Shown piece after piece: positions 38,865 through 49,900 of a DNA stretch of 64,000 nt. The notes under the pieces were generated by a model. The model saw only the letters and a list, made by a program, of their open reading frames with translations. It had not been told where the DNA came from and did no database searches. Source of the stretch: Balneolaceae bacterium (lineage in GTDB: Bacteria > Bacteroidota > Rhodothermia > Balneolales > Balneolaceae); assembly GCA_006969905.1 (NCBI GenBank), contig CP030887.1:2218730-2282729 (forward strand), read 5' to 3'. A program made the translations under genes and the position numbers. Numbering within the stretch: the stretch's first letter is position 1; each line of letters starts with the position of its first letter.

Positions 38865-41800
38865 CTATTTGATAAGGGTAAATTTCTTGACAAAAGTGGC
38901 CTTATCTGTGATTAACCTGTAAAAATAGACACCGCTGGCAAGGTTTAAAGCCTGGAATGGGATCTCGTATTTTCCGGCTGTTCTGCGGCCAGAAACCAGT
39001 GTCCGTACTTTACGGCCCAGGATGTCGTACACTACTAATTCAACATTTGCATCTTCGTCTAATCCAAATGGAATTTTGGTGACAGGATTAAAAGGGTTGG
39101 GGAAGTTTTGGTTTAAGTAAACCTCTTCGGGGACATCTCTTTCAATTTGTTCGGTACTTACTTTTAAAGTGAACCGGGTGTACTGGGTACTTGCCTTCTT
39201 TTTGAGATTTGTATTTGGGGTTGCCGGATTCTCATTTCTTACAATTTTGGCACGGGTTGTGTGATTAAAAGTGTAACTGAGTTCTTCGAGAATATTTACT
39301 TCAGTGCCTGTATCATTGTCAATAAGGGTAAGTATCCAATCATCTGGAATATTTCTAAGCCCACCCCAAACCATTTTTAATTCTCCGGAAACGGGAGCAC
39401 CCTCTTCAAAATAATTGATATGTAGAGGTATCCGGATCCTGGAGTTGAAATCTGATGGCAAACTATTTATTGCCAGTTCTGTTCCATCTTCGAGTAACGT
39501 ATGGAACTCAATATGAGATAAGGAAAGAGGTAGCAATCTGTAGGCATCAAAAGTGTCTTTTCCTTTTGTGCCTGCTTCTGAAAACATAATGTTTGTTCTT
39601 TTGGAACGTCCGCTTGGGGATGTTACCCTTAATTCGAGTACAGGATCGGTAGAACTAGCTTTTTCCTTTTTGTTTTCAGGGTTTTCTTTACTAGTGGCTT
39701 GTTTCCGTAAAAAACCGCCACCTGTAGTTTTAGCCTCCTTTCTGACTTTCAAAACAGGACTGGGGGCGTTCGCTTTCACCCAAAAACCCTGGAAAGGCGC
39801 AATTAAGCCACTGGTAGGAATAGTACCCGACACTCCGTTCCAAGTAAGGTATTCTCCATCTCCACCGTTTGCATCAGGATCCCAGATATAAATACTGGAT
39901 TCTACATTGGTTTTTGTCCAGTTGGCATTATCATCCCAATCAATAGTCGCTAAAAACGGGTTACCAATAAGGTTCCATCCCGTATCTGCCAGAGCCGTAT
40001 AGGTAATCCCAAAATCGACTTCTGTATCGTCTCCATTCCATTCCTGCCCCTGAACGTCTAAAGTATCAGGAAGGGGATCATTATACCTGGAATCGGCTGC
40101 AACATCACCGAAAGCAAACAGGAAAATGCCCTGCCCCTGAACAACGGCGTCAGTAATATTGGTGGGGGCTCGATATCGTTCAAGATCTGTACCTACTACA
40201 TTTTCCAAATAGGTGAGCACATTGGGTTGTAAACTATCTAACGGGGCATTTCCTAATGTGGAGCCTGTATAACCCTGTGTTAGTGTACCATCCAGGAAAT
40301 CACCATAAGTAGTGCTAAAAGGAGAGGAGAGGATGCGCCAGCCTCTTGAGCCGGAAATCCTGCGTTGCATTCTGATCTCGCCTGAACCATATAGTTTTGA
40401 ATTGGCAATCAGATTAGTTCCCGATGGCATAAACAGTACTCCATTAGTAAGCTTAAGGGAGTCTGTAACGGTTAAGTTAGCAAAGAAATCTGCACCGTTG
40501 GTATTATTTAGTTCCAGGTTTACATAGTCATTTGGTGAATTAATATCTTGGTTTATGGTACCATCTAATTTTACATAACCCACTGTCACATCTGAAATAT
40601 CCAGGTTTCCACCCACTGCTACAGAATCAGTATTGCTTCCTAATAGCTCACCATCACCGGAAAGTTCTCCGGTTACAATTAATTCCTTACCCCCGGAAAT
40701 AGTTACTGATGCGCTTGCTTCAATAGAAAGCTGAGCTACAGTGGTATTGGTGGTATTTATAACAGGTTGTTCATTACCCACAGCAGGTGTTGCGGGAATC
40801 AACACTTTATCTCCCGGAACAGGTACAAAACCCGAACTCCAGTTGGCTGCCAAATCCCAGTTTCTTGCGTCTGAAATAGACCCGATTTGAGATTGCCACA
40901 GGTTATTAAATGCAGCAAACTCTACCTGGGCATTATCGGTGATTGAAACTGCATTTAATGTCCCGGTAATAGTTGCAATACCTTCTACCACAGAAGATGT
41001 AAGGGTTGCCGTATAAGTACCATCGGTATTATCAGTTACTGATGAAAGTGAGCCATCGGTTGTACTCAGAACTACTGTTTCACCACCCGTTGTCCTGCTA
41101 TTACCTTCGCTGTCTTTTAATTGAACGGTGATAGTTGAAGTTGAAAATCCATCATTTAATATTACAGAGGGGCTTGCAGTAACCTCTGTAGTAGATGCTG
41201 ATGCAGCACCGGGGGTAACATCAAAAGTATTACTGTCTCCACTCTCAGGCCCTGAGCTGTTGGTTGCTGTTAAGGTACATGTGCCCAGGCTGGAGATTGA
41301 TACTGTATGAGAAGAAAGCACTCCTGCAACAAAATTTGCTGTTGTTCCCTGTCCAACTCCCATCGTACAGTTTGAAGACATAGAAACTGTACCTGTGAAT
41401 GTATCAACGGTATCCTGGATTCCATCGGCAGCTACAACAGTAATATTGAAGGTTTGTCCGGCAAGTTTGTCTGCTATATTTCCGGAAGGAACACGTTCAA
41501 CTATAAATTGAGTAAGCTGGCCAAGTACTACAATATCAAAATTAGTACTGGTTGTATCTGTTAGCCCGGTGCTGGAAGCAGTAACGTTATATGTACCCAC
41601 AGCGTCAACCGTGATATCAGTAAATTCGGCAATGCCAAAAAGGTTTGTTTCTACAGTTGTGGTACCACCGATTACCCCGGAACCACTTACTTGGTTTAAT
41701 GCCAGGCTTACGTTAACCCTGCTCTCTTCAACGGAATTGCCAAACTGGTCAATAAGCTGAATACGGATAGCCGGAGAAATCGCAGAACTTACGTTTGAGG

Positions 41801-44800
41801 TAGCGGGTTGTTGAGCATATTTCATCGCTACTTCTGTGCCAGGTACCATCGTAAGTTGTCCGTAATTAGTACTACCTCCTAATCCGGTAGTCCCTGTATT
41901 GGTAATGTTACCTGTATTAGGCAAAATCCCGGTTGTTGGCCTTATCCTTAGATTTTGGAAAGTAATTTCTCCCGGATTTGCAGATGAAGCGGCAGAAATG
42001 GTAAATGTAATTTGAGAGGAGGTTCTGCTGGTAAATCCAACTGCAAGGGTTGTGCTTCCACCAAAGGCAGGCAATACTGATGCGGAAGGAGTACCGCCTG
42101 TTACATCCCATTCAAACCCGGCAGGTGCATTAAAAATAAATGTACCTCCGTTTGCAAACTCCCCTGCAAAGCTTTCCTGTACCCTGGGCCCTGTAAGTGT
42201 TGTGTATGTGGTATTCGCATCATCAGCAGATATAGCTTCTCCACCTGTAGCAGCGGTTAACGAACGAATAGGAATACTGTATTTTGTTGATAAGTAATCT
42301 TCGATAGATTCCTGTTCGGAAATGGCTACTTCTTTACCATAAAGAATTACTTCGGCGATTAGCCCGTCCCAGCTATCTGTTTGATCCTGGGTTCCCTGGC
42401 CGATAATAGCTGTTGTAACATCAGTCAGGATTCCTGTAGGAATATTTTGCTGAAATGTAGGATTACTCAATACACCATCTACATAGAGTTCATAGTTTAC
42501 TTCAGAAGTCCACTTTAGCATTACAATTTGGCCGGAAGTGGTTTGAGCATCCTCGAAACTCTCCTGGACGAAAGCAACAGGCAAATCCCTCATTCCAGTA
42601 GTAATTACATCATCTGCTCCTCCATTGTCTCCCACATCGTCATAGCGTATGCTAAATACACGGTCTTGAGCTGTTCCATCCGGTTCATACGTAGTCCAGA
42701 AGCCACGATCTGTAGCCACACCATCCGATTCGATTACAAAGAAAATGGTGAGTTCATCAAGGCCGTTCAGATAGTTTTCTGCATCGGCATCTTCAAGCCG
42801 AACGGCTGATCCTCCCGGGAATTCAACAGCATTTTGTGAATTGATGCTTCCTACGCTGGTTGCAAATGTGGGTGCCGTAGCTGCGGTTATAAAATCATTT
42901 CCGTTACCACTTTGATCTTCCCACCGGCGAACATTTCCTCCATTTGTGCTTGCACTGCCACCAACCGTAGCATCAAATGTGCCTTCATCTCCTTTTAACC
43001 AAACCAGCAGATCTGGTACTGATTTTGGGATACTGAATGAGATTGTTCGGTTTACCGTATTGCTGTTTCCATCTCCGTCATTGGCAATGATGCTTACAGT
43101 TCTGTCTGTATCAGTGGGTACGGAAGCTGTATTTGCATAACGAACGGTTCGTATAGCTGCCTGGAAATCGGCTTTAGACGCAGGCCCTGTTAACGTAAGT
43201 AAACCGGTTCCGTCCGTCCATGCATCAGTAATTCCAAAGATATCATCAAAAACAAGGGTATCTTCAGCGCTGTCATAATTTCCTGTAATCTGGAAGGTCA
43301 CACTTTCTATATTTGTATCGTCGGGATCGGTAAGTGTAATGGTTTCTGATACAGAAACAGTATCACCGGAAGGGTAGAAGAGGTTGCCAACCTCAATATT
43401 TGCTAAGGCAGGTACTGTATTTAAACTGGCTACCGAAATATCACGTGTGGTTCCTACAATACTACTGTCTATTCCGTCATATACCCTGAACTCTACAGTT
43501 CTGTCCAGTCCGGTTACAGGATCACTGCTTATATTTTCATAAGTAACATTGCGTAACGCTGTTTGATAGTTTGCCAGTGTAGTAGTTCCGGATAAGGTCA
43601 GTACTCCGGTTGAGCTGTTAAAAGAACCCGTAATACCAAGTGCATCAGAATAATCGAGTATGTCTTCTCCAAGAAAGTAGTTGTTAGTGAAAGATACAGT
43701 AGCTGCTTGCAGGTTTGTGTCATCAGTATCAGTAACGGTAATAGCAGAAGTGATTTGGGTTGCCCCATCATTTTCAGTAAACGCAAGCGTAGTTCCCTCA
43801 AGGTTTGCAAGCACGGGCACATCATTTGAAGGAATAATATTTATGTCTCTTGTAACAACACCACTGGAATCATCCCAATCATACACAATAAAGCTGATCT
43901 CTCTTGTAACAGTAGAGGGGCTAACCGTTTCTGTGTTTTGATAAGTAACAGAGCGTAAAGCAGCCTGGTAGTTGGCTACTGAAGAACTGCCGGTTAAAGA
44001 AAGTACACCGGTTGAACTGTTATAAGAACCGGTGATTCCTGTGCCGTTACCTGCAAGTACATCTTCGGAACTGTTAAAACCGGATGAGATATAAACCCAC
44101 GCACTATCCAGGTTAGTGTCATCCTCATCTGCAACTGTAATGGTTGAAGAAATAGCCGTTGCAGGATCAGCTTCGTTATAGTCCAGATCTGATACTTCAA
44201 CATCGGCCAGGACAGAAGGGGTATTGAACCACTTATCACTTAAAAATCCGTAAATATTGGTGAAGTCGGATGTAGTTAGTGCATTATTCCAAGAAATAAA
44301 CTCTGCTATAAACCCATCAAAATTATTAGTTCCTGTAGGGTTGTTTCCGGTGGTAACCGGATCCCGGGTTCCGTCTTCTTCACCAATTTCTGCTCCTCCG
44401 GAATGTGCACGTTGAAAATCTACACTTGCTAAAGTGGTTATAGCTCCACCGTTTACATTGGCTTCCCAAACTTTATTAGCCAGAGTAGGATCAGTAGCGT
44501 CATGACTGGCAATTATAATGTAAGAGGTATTTGGTTGAACACTTCCAAGGTCGATTGACTTGTATTGATCACCCCCTCCCCATTCTGCATTATTCCAAAC
44601 AAACGCGTACAGATTTCCATCTTTTATACTTAACTGGTAACCTCTTGTACCACCTCCTTGCTCATACATTACCTGAAGGCCAGTAGTAGAATTACCCGTT
44701 CTAAAAACCATAGCAAATGATTTTTCGGTGTAAGTGGCGGTATTAAGTAGAGCATCATTTGTGGGAGAGAGGTTGTCATCAGTGCCATCAAACAGGAGTG

Positions 44801-46871
44801 CACCTCGTCCACCTAAATAGCTTGAACCTAATAAAGGTTGATTGGAACCTGTGCCATTTGAAGCAGAAATATCCGTACTACTTGCACCCACATTATCGGA
44901 TCGGTCACTCCAGGGAGATAAAGCCCCATCAGCTGGTTGATTGGTTCCACTGTTTCCATCGCCGTCTGCATCCTGTGCATCGTAGTGGAAAACACCTGTT
45001 GACTTATAAGTTGCCAACTCGGTTATATCTGCAGGATACTCTAGATTACGGGTAACCGCACTGCTGTTTTCTGTGCCATCATTAACAGTAATGCTTATAG
45101 TTCGGGTTAACATAGAAGGGGAACCGGCAGTATTTTGATAGGTAACTGATCGCAGAGCTGCCTGATAACTGGCTAACGTAGCCGTTCCTGATAGTGATAG
45201 GACTCCTGTTCCTACTGTCCAGGTTCCGGTAATCCCATTTTGATCAACAAATGCCAGCTCATCTTCTGTGTTATCATAATTTCCTGTAATCTGGACAATT
45301 GCACTTTCAATATTAACGTCATCTAAATCAGAAACGGTAATAGCAGAACTAATTACCCGGGTACCACTTCCTGCAAAATAAATAATAGCATTCGATTCCA
45401 GATTATTTAAAACCGGGGCATTGTTTACTTTAACAACATTAATGTTTCTTGTTTCAGTATTACTGTTATTTGTACCATCGTTTACAGTAAAGGAAATAGT
45501 TCTTGTTAATTCACTTGGGGCAGGATCGGTATTTTGATAAGTAACAGTTCGTAAAGCTGTTTGGTAATTTGCCAGGGTTGTTGAACCTGTGAGTGTTAGC
45601 ACTCCTGTTCCGCTAGAGTAACTACCTGTAATGCCTAATTGATCTGTAAATGCCAGAACATCTTCTGATGAATCAAAATTGCCGGTAATAGAAACGGTTG
45701 CACTTTCTATGTTTGTGTCATCTCCATCCGCTACCGTGATGGCTGAGGTGATTACTGTGGGGGAATCTCCTGAATTGTAGGTTATTGCACCTGCCTCAAT
45801 ATTATCCAGAACAGGCTCTGCATTCAGTTGAGTAAAAAATGAGCCGGGAGCAAACTGGTTATTATACTCTGTGGCAATCCAGGCACTATCCCTTGTGATA
45901 TTCGAAATTCTTACCTCATCTATGTCACCACGATAGTCATAAGTGGTAGTAGAGATGAACAGATCATCATCACTGATTGAAAAGGATTCAACGGAATTGT
46001 CGGAAGCTACTTCAGTACCATCTACGTAAATAATCCGATCTCCGTTTGAAGCTCTTGTAAAAGCCAGATAAGCCCATATATTATTAGTGAGTTGTCCTGC
46101 CGGAGAGTTTAGGGCATCGTTATTAATTTGGAAACGTAAGCTTCCTGATCCGTCTGTCCATACGGAATACCCATCGGTATAATTTCCTTTGGTAATAATG
46201 TCGGGTCCATTGCCAAGGTTAGCAATTCGTGTCCATAGCGAAATAGTGATGTTACCGCTGATGTCGAGAGGAGATACTCCATTGTCGGCAACTGTGATAA
46301 GATCGTTATTGCTATTGAAATCAACAGCGTTACCAATTTGCCCTGTAGTTGATACGGTACCTGAGTTTACCCCATCTGTTCCGTTGCCGGATGCATCGAG
46401 GTAGTCATTATTGAGGTGGAGTACCATTTTATAGTTAGAGTCCCAGACATTGGTGCTCGACTGATCAGTGGAAATACCTGAATTACCAAAGTGTATATAA
46501 AACTCAGTATCAACAGTAGCTGAAAGGGTAGGGAAGCGTACCCAAAACTCGATAGCACCGGTAGCAGCATTATAAGATTCAAGCTGATGACTAAGTATAG
46601 TAAAACCATTTGCAGAGGTAAATGCTATATCATACCCATTTGCATTTTGCACACCCCCGCCGTTGCCAACAGTGCGAAGGTCATTTAAAGTGAAACTTAC
46701 AAGCACAGGGAAGTTCGTCAAGTCTGAGGTTCCCTCTACTTGTGAAGCATTTACCTGACCTTTTAACCTAAAATTATAGCCTGGAAGTTGAGCCAGTGAT
46801 AATTCTGTAAAAGCAAACAGGACTAAAATAAATGCTGACAGATGATATAAGCATTTTTTGCTCTTGAACAC
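38865..46871 (-). CDS. Giant T9SS-secreted adhesin-like protein (DUF2341, LamG-like domains, five ~133-aa Ig/cadherin-like repeats, invasin Big-like domain, CTD)
   Basis: Signal peptide; C-terminal NQNFPNPFNP...ASGVYFYRL T9SS tail; internal repeats visible in the translation. Confidence 0.85.
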   Translation of the reverse strand: MFKSKKCLYHLSAFILVLFAFTELSLAQLPGYNFRLKGQVNASQVEGTSDLTNFPVLVSFTLNDLRTVGNGGGVQNANGYDIAFTSANGFTILSHQLESYNAATGAIEFWVRFPTLSATVDTEFYIHFGNSGISTDQSSTNVWDSNYKMVLHLNNDYLDASGNGTDGVNSGTVSTTGQIGNAVDFNSNNDLITVADNGVSPLDISGNITISLWTRIANLGNGPDIITKGNYTDGYSVWTDGSGSLRFQINNDALNSPAGQLTNNIWAYLAFTRASNGDRIIYVDGTEVASDNSVESFSISDDDLFISTTTYDYRGDIDEVRISNITRDSAWIATEYNNQFAPGSFFTQLNAEPVLDNIEAGAITYNSGDSPTVITSAITVADGDDTNIESATVSITGNFDSSEDVLAFTDQLGITGSYSSGTGVLTLTGSTTLANYQTALRTVTYQNTDPAPSELTRTISFTVNDGTNNSNTETRNINVVKVNNAPVLNNLESNAIIYFAGSGTRVISSAITVSDLDDVNIESAIVQITGNYDNTEDELAFVDQNGITGTWTVGTGVLSLSGTATLASYQAALRSVTYQNTAGSPSMLTRTISITVNDGTENSSAVTRNLEYPADITELATYKSTGVFHYDAQDADGDGNSGTNQPADGALSPWSDRSDNVGASSTDISASNGTGSNQPLLGSSYLGGRGALLFDGTDDNLSPTNDALLNTATYTEKSFAMVFRTGNSTTGLQVMYEQGGGTRGYQLSIKDGNLYAFVWNNAEWGGGDQYKSIDLGSVQPNTSYIIIASHDATDPTLANKVWEANVNGGAITTLASVDFQRAHSGGAEIGEEDGTRDPVTTGNNPTGTNNFDGFIAEFISWNNALTTSDFTNIYGFLSDKWFNTPSVLADVEVSDLDYNEADPATAISSTITVADEDDTNLDSAWVYISSGFNSSEDVLAGNGTGITGSYNSSTGVLSLTGSSSVANYQAALRSVTYQNTETVSPSTVTREISFIVYDWDDSSGVVTRDINIIPSNDVPVLANLEGTTLAFTENDGATQITSAITVTDTDDTNLQAATVSFTNNYFLGEDILDYSDALGITGSFNSSTGVLTLSGTTTLANYQTALRNVTYENISSDPVTGLDRTVEFRVYDGIDSSIVGTTRDISVASLNTVPALANIEVGNLFYPSGDTVSVSETITLTDPDDTNIESVTFQITGNYDSAEDTLVFDDIFGITDAWTDGTGLLTLTGPASKADFQAAIRTVRYANTASVPTDTDRTVSIIANDGDGNSNTVNRTISFSIPKSVPDLLVWLKGDEGTFDATVGGSASTNGGNVRRWEDQSGNGNDFITAATAPTFATSVGSINSQNAVEFPGGSAVRLEDADAENYLNGLDELTIFFVIESDGVATDRGFWTTYEPDGTAQDRVFSIRYDDVGDNGGADDVITTGMRDLPVAFVQESFEDAQTTSGQIVMLKWTSEVNYELYVDGVLSNPTFQQNIPTGILTDVTTAIIGQGTQDQTDSWDGLIAEVILYGKEVAISEQESIEDYLSTKYSIPIRSLTAATGGEAISADDANTTYTTLTGPRVQESFAGEFANGGTFIFNAPAGFEWDVTGGTPSASVLPAFGGSTTLAVGFTSRTSSQITFTISAASSANPGEITFQNLRIRPTTGILPNTGNITNTGTTGLGGSTNYGQLTMVPGTEVAMKYAQQPATSNVSSAISPAIRIQLIDQFGNSVEESRVNVSLALNQVSGSGVIGGTTTVETNLFGIAEFTDITVDAVGTYNVTASSTGLTDTTSTNFDIVVLGQLTQFIVERVPSGNIADKLAGQTFNITVVAADGIQDTVDTFTGTVSMSSNCTMGVGQGTTANFVAGVLSSHTVSISSLGTCTLTATNSSGPESGDSNTFDVTPGAASASTTEVTASPSVILNDGFSTSTITVQLKDSEGNSRTTGGETVVLSTTDGSLSSVTDNTDGTYTATLTSSVVEGIATITGTLNAVSITDNAQVEFAAFNNLWQSQIGSISDARNWDLAANWSSGFVPVPGDKVLIPATPAVGNEQPVINTTNTTVAQLSIEASASVTISGGKELIVTGELSGDGELLGSNTDSVAVGGNLDISDVTVGYVKLDGTINQDINSPNDYVNLELNNTNGADFFANLTVTDSLKLTNGVLFMPSGTNLIANSKLYGSGEIRMQRRISGSRGWRILSSPFSTTYGDFLDGTLTQGYTGSTLGNAPLDSLQPNVLTYLENVVGTDLERYRAPTNITDAVVQGQGIFLFAFGDVAADSRYNDPLPDTLDVQGQEWNGDDTEVDFGITYTALADTGWNLIGNPFLATIDWDDNANWTKTNVESSIYIWDPDANGGDGEYLTWNGVSGTIPTSGLIAPFQGFWVKANAPSPVLKVRKEAKTTGGGFLRKQATSKENPENKKEKASSTDPVLELRVTSPSGRSKRTNIMFSEAGTKGKDTFDAYRLLPLSLSHIEFHTLLEDGTELAINSLPSDFNSRIRIPLHINYFEEGAPVSGELKMVWGGLRNIPDDWILTLIDNDTGTEVNILEELSYTFNHTTRAKIVRNENPATPNTNLKKKASTQYTRFTLKVSTEQIERDVPEEVYLNQNFPNPFNPVTKIPFGLDEDANVELVVYDILGRKVRTLVSGRRTAGKYEIPFQALNLASGVYFYRLITDKATFVKKFTLIK

Positions 46872-46882
46872 TTTTATACCTT

Positions 46883-46907
46883 TTGTAATTACAATGAATC
46901 AAATATA
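46883..46907 (-). promoter_or_regulatory. -7 promoter box plus downstream palindrome for the 2668-aa gene
   Basis: TATATTTG on the minus strand (46907-46900); perfect palindrome TTGTAATTACAA at 46883-46894 near the expected start site. Confidence 0.45.
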
Positions 46908-46971
46908 AAAAGAAGGGGATAAGGCGTTCGTATTCTTAATTGATTCTAACTCAAAAAAGGAAAAATTAGGA

Positions 46972-49900
46972 TTATTTAATGAGAGTCATTTTCTGAATGA
47001 AGATTCCTTCAGATGTTTGAAGCCGGTAGAAGTAAATACCTGAAGCGAGGTCAAGGGCATTGATGGTAACAGAATAATTTCCTGCATTTCTTGGAGCACT
47101 AACAACCGTTCGTACTTTTCTTCCGAGAATATCAAATATATCCAGTTCTACAAATCCGTCTTCACTTACTCCGTATTCTATTACCGTAGAAGGATTGAAA
47201 GGATTGGGGTAGTTTTGGTTCAGGAACGCAATCCTGGGAATATTGGCCTCAATCTCTTCTGTGGTAATTAGTAAGGTAAAGCGTGTTGCAAGTGAGTTTT
47301 TTTGGGTAAGTTTTTGCCTGCTATTCGGATGGGCTACTTTTGCATTACCTGATGTGGCATGGAAGAATTCATAAAATTCGGTATTTAACAGGTCAATTTC
47401 TTCCCCGGTTTCATTGTCAGTCAAAATCAGCAACCATTCATCGGATAGGTTGTCCAGGTTAATAGCACGGAGCTTAAAGTCACCGACAATAGGCTGTCCC
47501 TCAAAGTAACCTCCAACCGTTATAGGTATTTTGATCCTGTTTGTTAAAACACCAGGCAGGTTATTGATGGACAGTGCGGTTCCGTCTGGAAGAAGTGTAT
47601 GTAATTCGATGCGATTTTCTGTGAGTGGGAGTAACTCATAAGCATCCAGTACATCTTTGTCTTTAGAACCTTCCGGTGAAAACATAATACTGGTTTCTTT
47701 TTCAAGGCCTTGTGCAGTTAGTTCAAGAGTAATAAGTGGTGAGTCTGTACCGCCAGGCGTTTTATTGGCTTCTTTACGTAAAAAAGCTCCCCCTGTGGTT
47801 TTCGCTGCTGTGGTTACTTTTAACACTGGACTGCTTGTGCTTGCTTTAACCCAAAAACCCTGGAAGGGTGCTATTAAACCAGTGCCTAATGTTCCGGTTG
47901 TACCGTTCCAGGTCAGGTATTCCCCGTTACCTCCATTAGCAGCCGGATCCCATACATAAATCGTTGACTCTATATTTGTTTTGGTCCAGTTCGCACCATC
48001 ATCCCAGTCAATAGTGGCTCCAAACGGATTTCCAATAAGGTTCCACCCGGTATCGGCAAGGGCTGTGTAAGTTACTCCAAAGTCTACCTCGCCAGCTGTA
48101 CCATTAAATTCCTGACCACTGACATCCAAAGTATCAGGTAACGGATTATTATATCTGGCATCAGCGGCCACATCATCAAAGAAGAACACAAAAACTCCCT
48201 GGCCTTCTACCAGGTTGTCAGTAATATTGGTGGGAGCCCGATACCGCTCATTATCGGTACCTACTACAGTTTCAAGGTAGGTTAAAACGTTAGGCTGTAA
48301 GCTATCGAGAGGTGCATTGCCAAGAGTTGACCCGGTGTAGCCTTGTGTGAGTGTTCCATCTAAGAAATCGCCGTAGGTAGATGCCACCGGAGAGGATAAA
48401 ATGCGCCATCCTCTTACTCCTGTTATGGTTCTTTGAAAACGTAAAACACCGGTGCCGTAACTAATACCTGTTACGGTAAGATTAAGCCCGCTTGGAATTA
48501 GTAACTCTCCGGCAGTCATAAACAAGCTGTCACTGATAGCAAGATTTTGCTCAATACTTACACCTGCTGCATTATCAATTTCGAGATTGGTATAAGAATG
48601 GGGGTTAGTAATAGATTGGGCAGCAGAGCCATTGAGTATTACCGTACCCACGTTAATGGTAGATACATTCAGGATGTCACCACCTACGGTTAAACTATCC
48701 GCGTTACTTCCTAAAACACTTCCCCCGGATATATCACCGGAAATAGTGAAATTGATGCTTCCTGAAATGGTCAGGGAGGCCCCGCTTTCCATAGTTACAG
48801 ATGCAACACTGGCTCCTGCTACATCAATTACAGGAAGTTCATTACCCACAGCAGGGGTGGCAGGTATAAATACTACAGAAGAAGGGCCCGGTACCGTTCC
48901 TACGTTCCAGTTACCTGTATCTTCCCAATCGGAGGCTAAACTTGCTGAACCTAGCTGGCTGTCCCATATATGGCTAAAAGCTGCATATTCAACATCTGCA
49001 TCATCCGTTATGGATGCTGCGTTTACGGTTCCTGTTATGTTATCGGTTCCTAAGGTTGTGGAAGAAGTAAGAGTGGCTGAATAAGTTCCGTCTGTATTAT
49101 CGGTTACTCCGCCTAAAGAGCCCAAAGCAGTAGGAGTGATACTAAGTACAACAGCATCACCACCTGTGGTAATATCATTTCCATATACATCTTTCAGATC
49201 AACAGTAATAGTTGATGTGCTGATACCATCATTGAGGATTACTGTAGGCGAGGCGGTTATGGTAGAAGTAGTTCCTGACGCCGCCCCGGCGCTCACTGTG
49301 AAACTATTACTGGTTCCGAACTCTGGCCCCGATGAATTTGTAGCTGTGATGGTACAATTACCAACACTTGTTATACTTACGGTTGTGGAAGCTAATACCC
49401 CGTCAACAAAATTGGCTGAAGTACCCTGCCCGGTTCCCATGGTGCAGCTTGAAGAAATAACCACGGTACCATTAAAGGTAGTTACAGTAGTAGCCGTGCC
49501 ATCAATAGCAGTAATAATGATATTGAAGCTTTGTCCGGCTGTTTTAGCACTAATGTTACCGGATGGTACCCGTTCAACCGTAAAACCGGTTAAGGTCCCG
49601 GCATTTACAATCTCGAATGTGGAACTCGTATCCGGGCTTAACCCGGTACTTGTAGCTACCAGTTCTTTGGTTCCGATGTCATCAATAGCCAAGGTGTCAA
49701 ACTCTGCAATTCCCAGCGCATTAGTTGCAATGGGGGTGCTTTGATTGAGGTTACCGGTGCTTCCTGTTGCCAGGGCAATAGATATATCTACACCTGATTG
49801 CTCTATGCTGTTTCCAAACTGATCTACTAATTGAACCCGGACAGCAGGAGAAATAGTACTATCAACGTTGGTTGTTGTTGGCTGCTGGGTAAAAATCAAA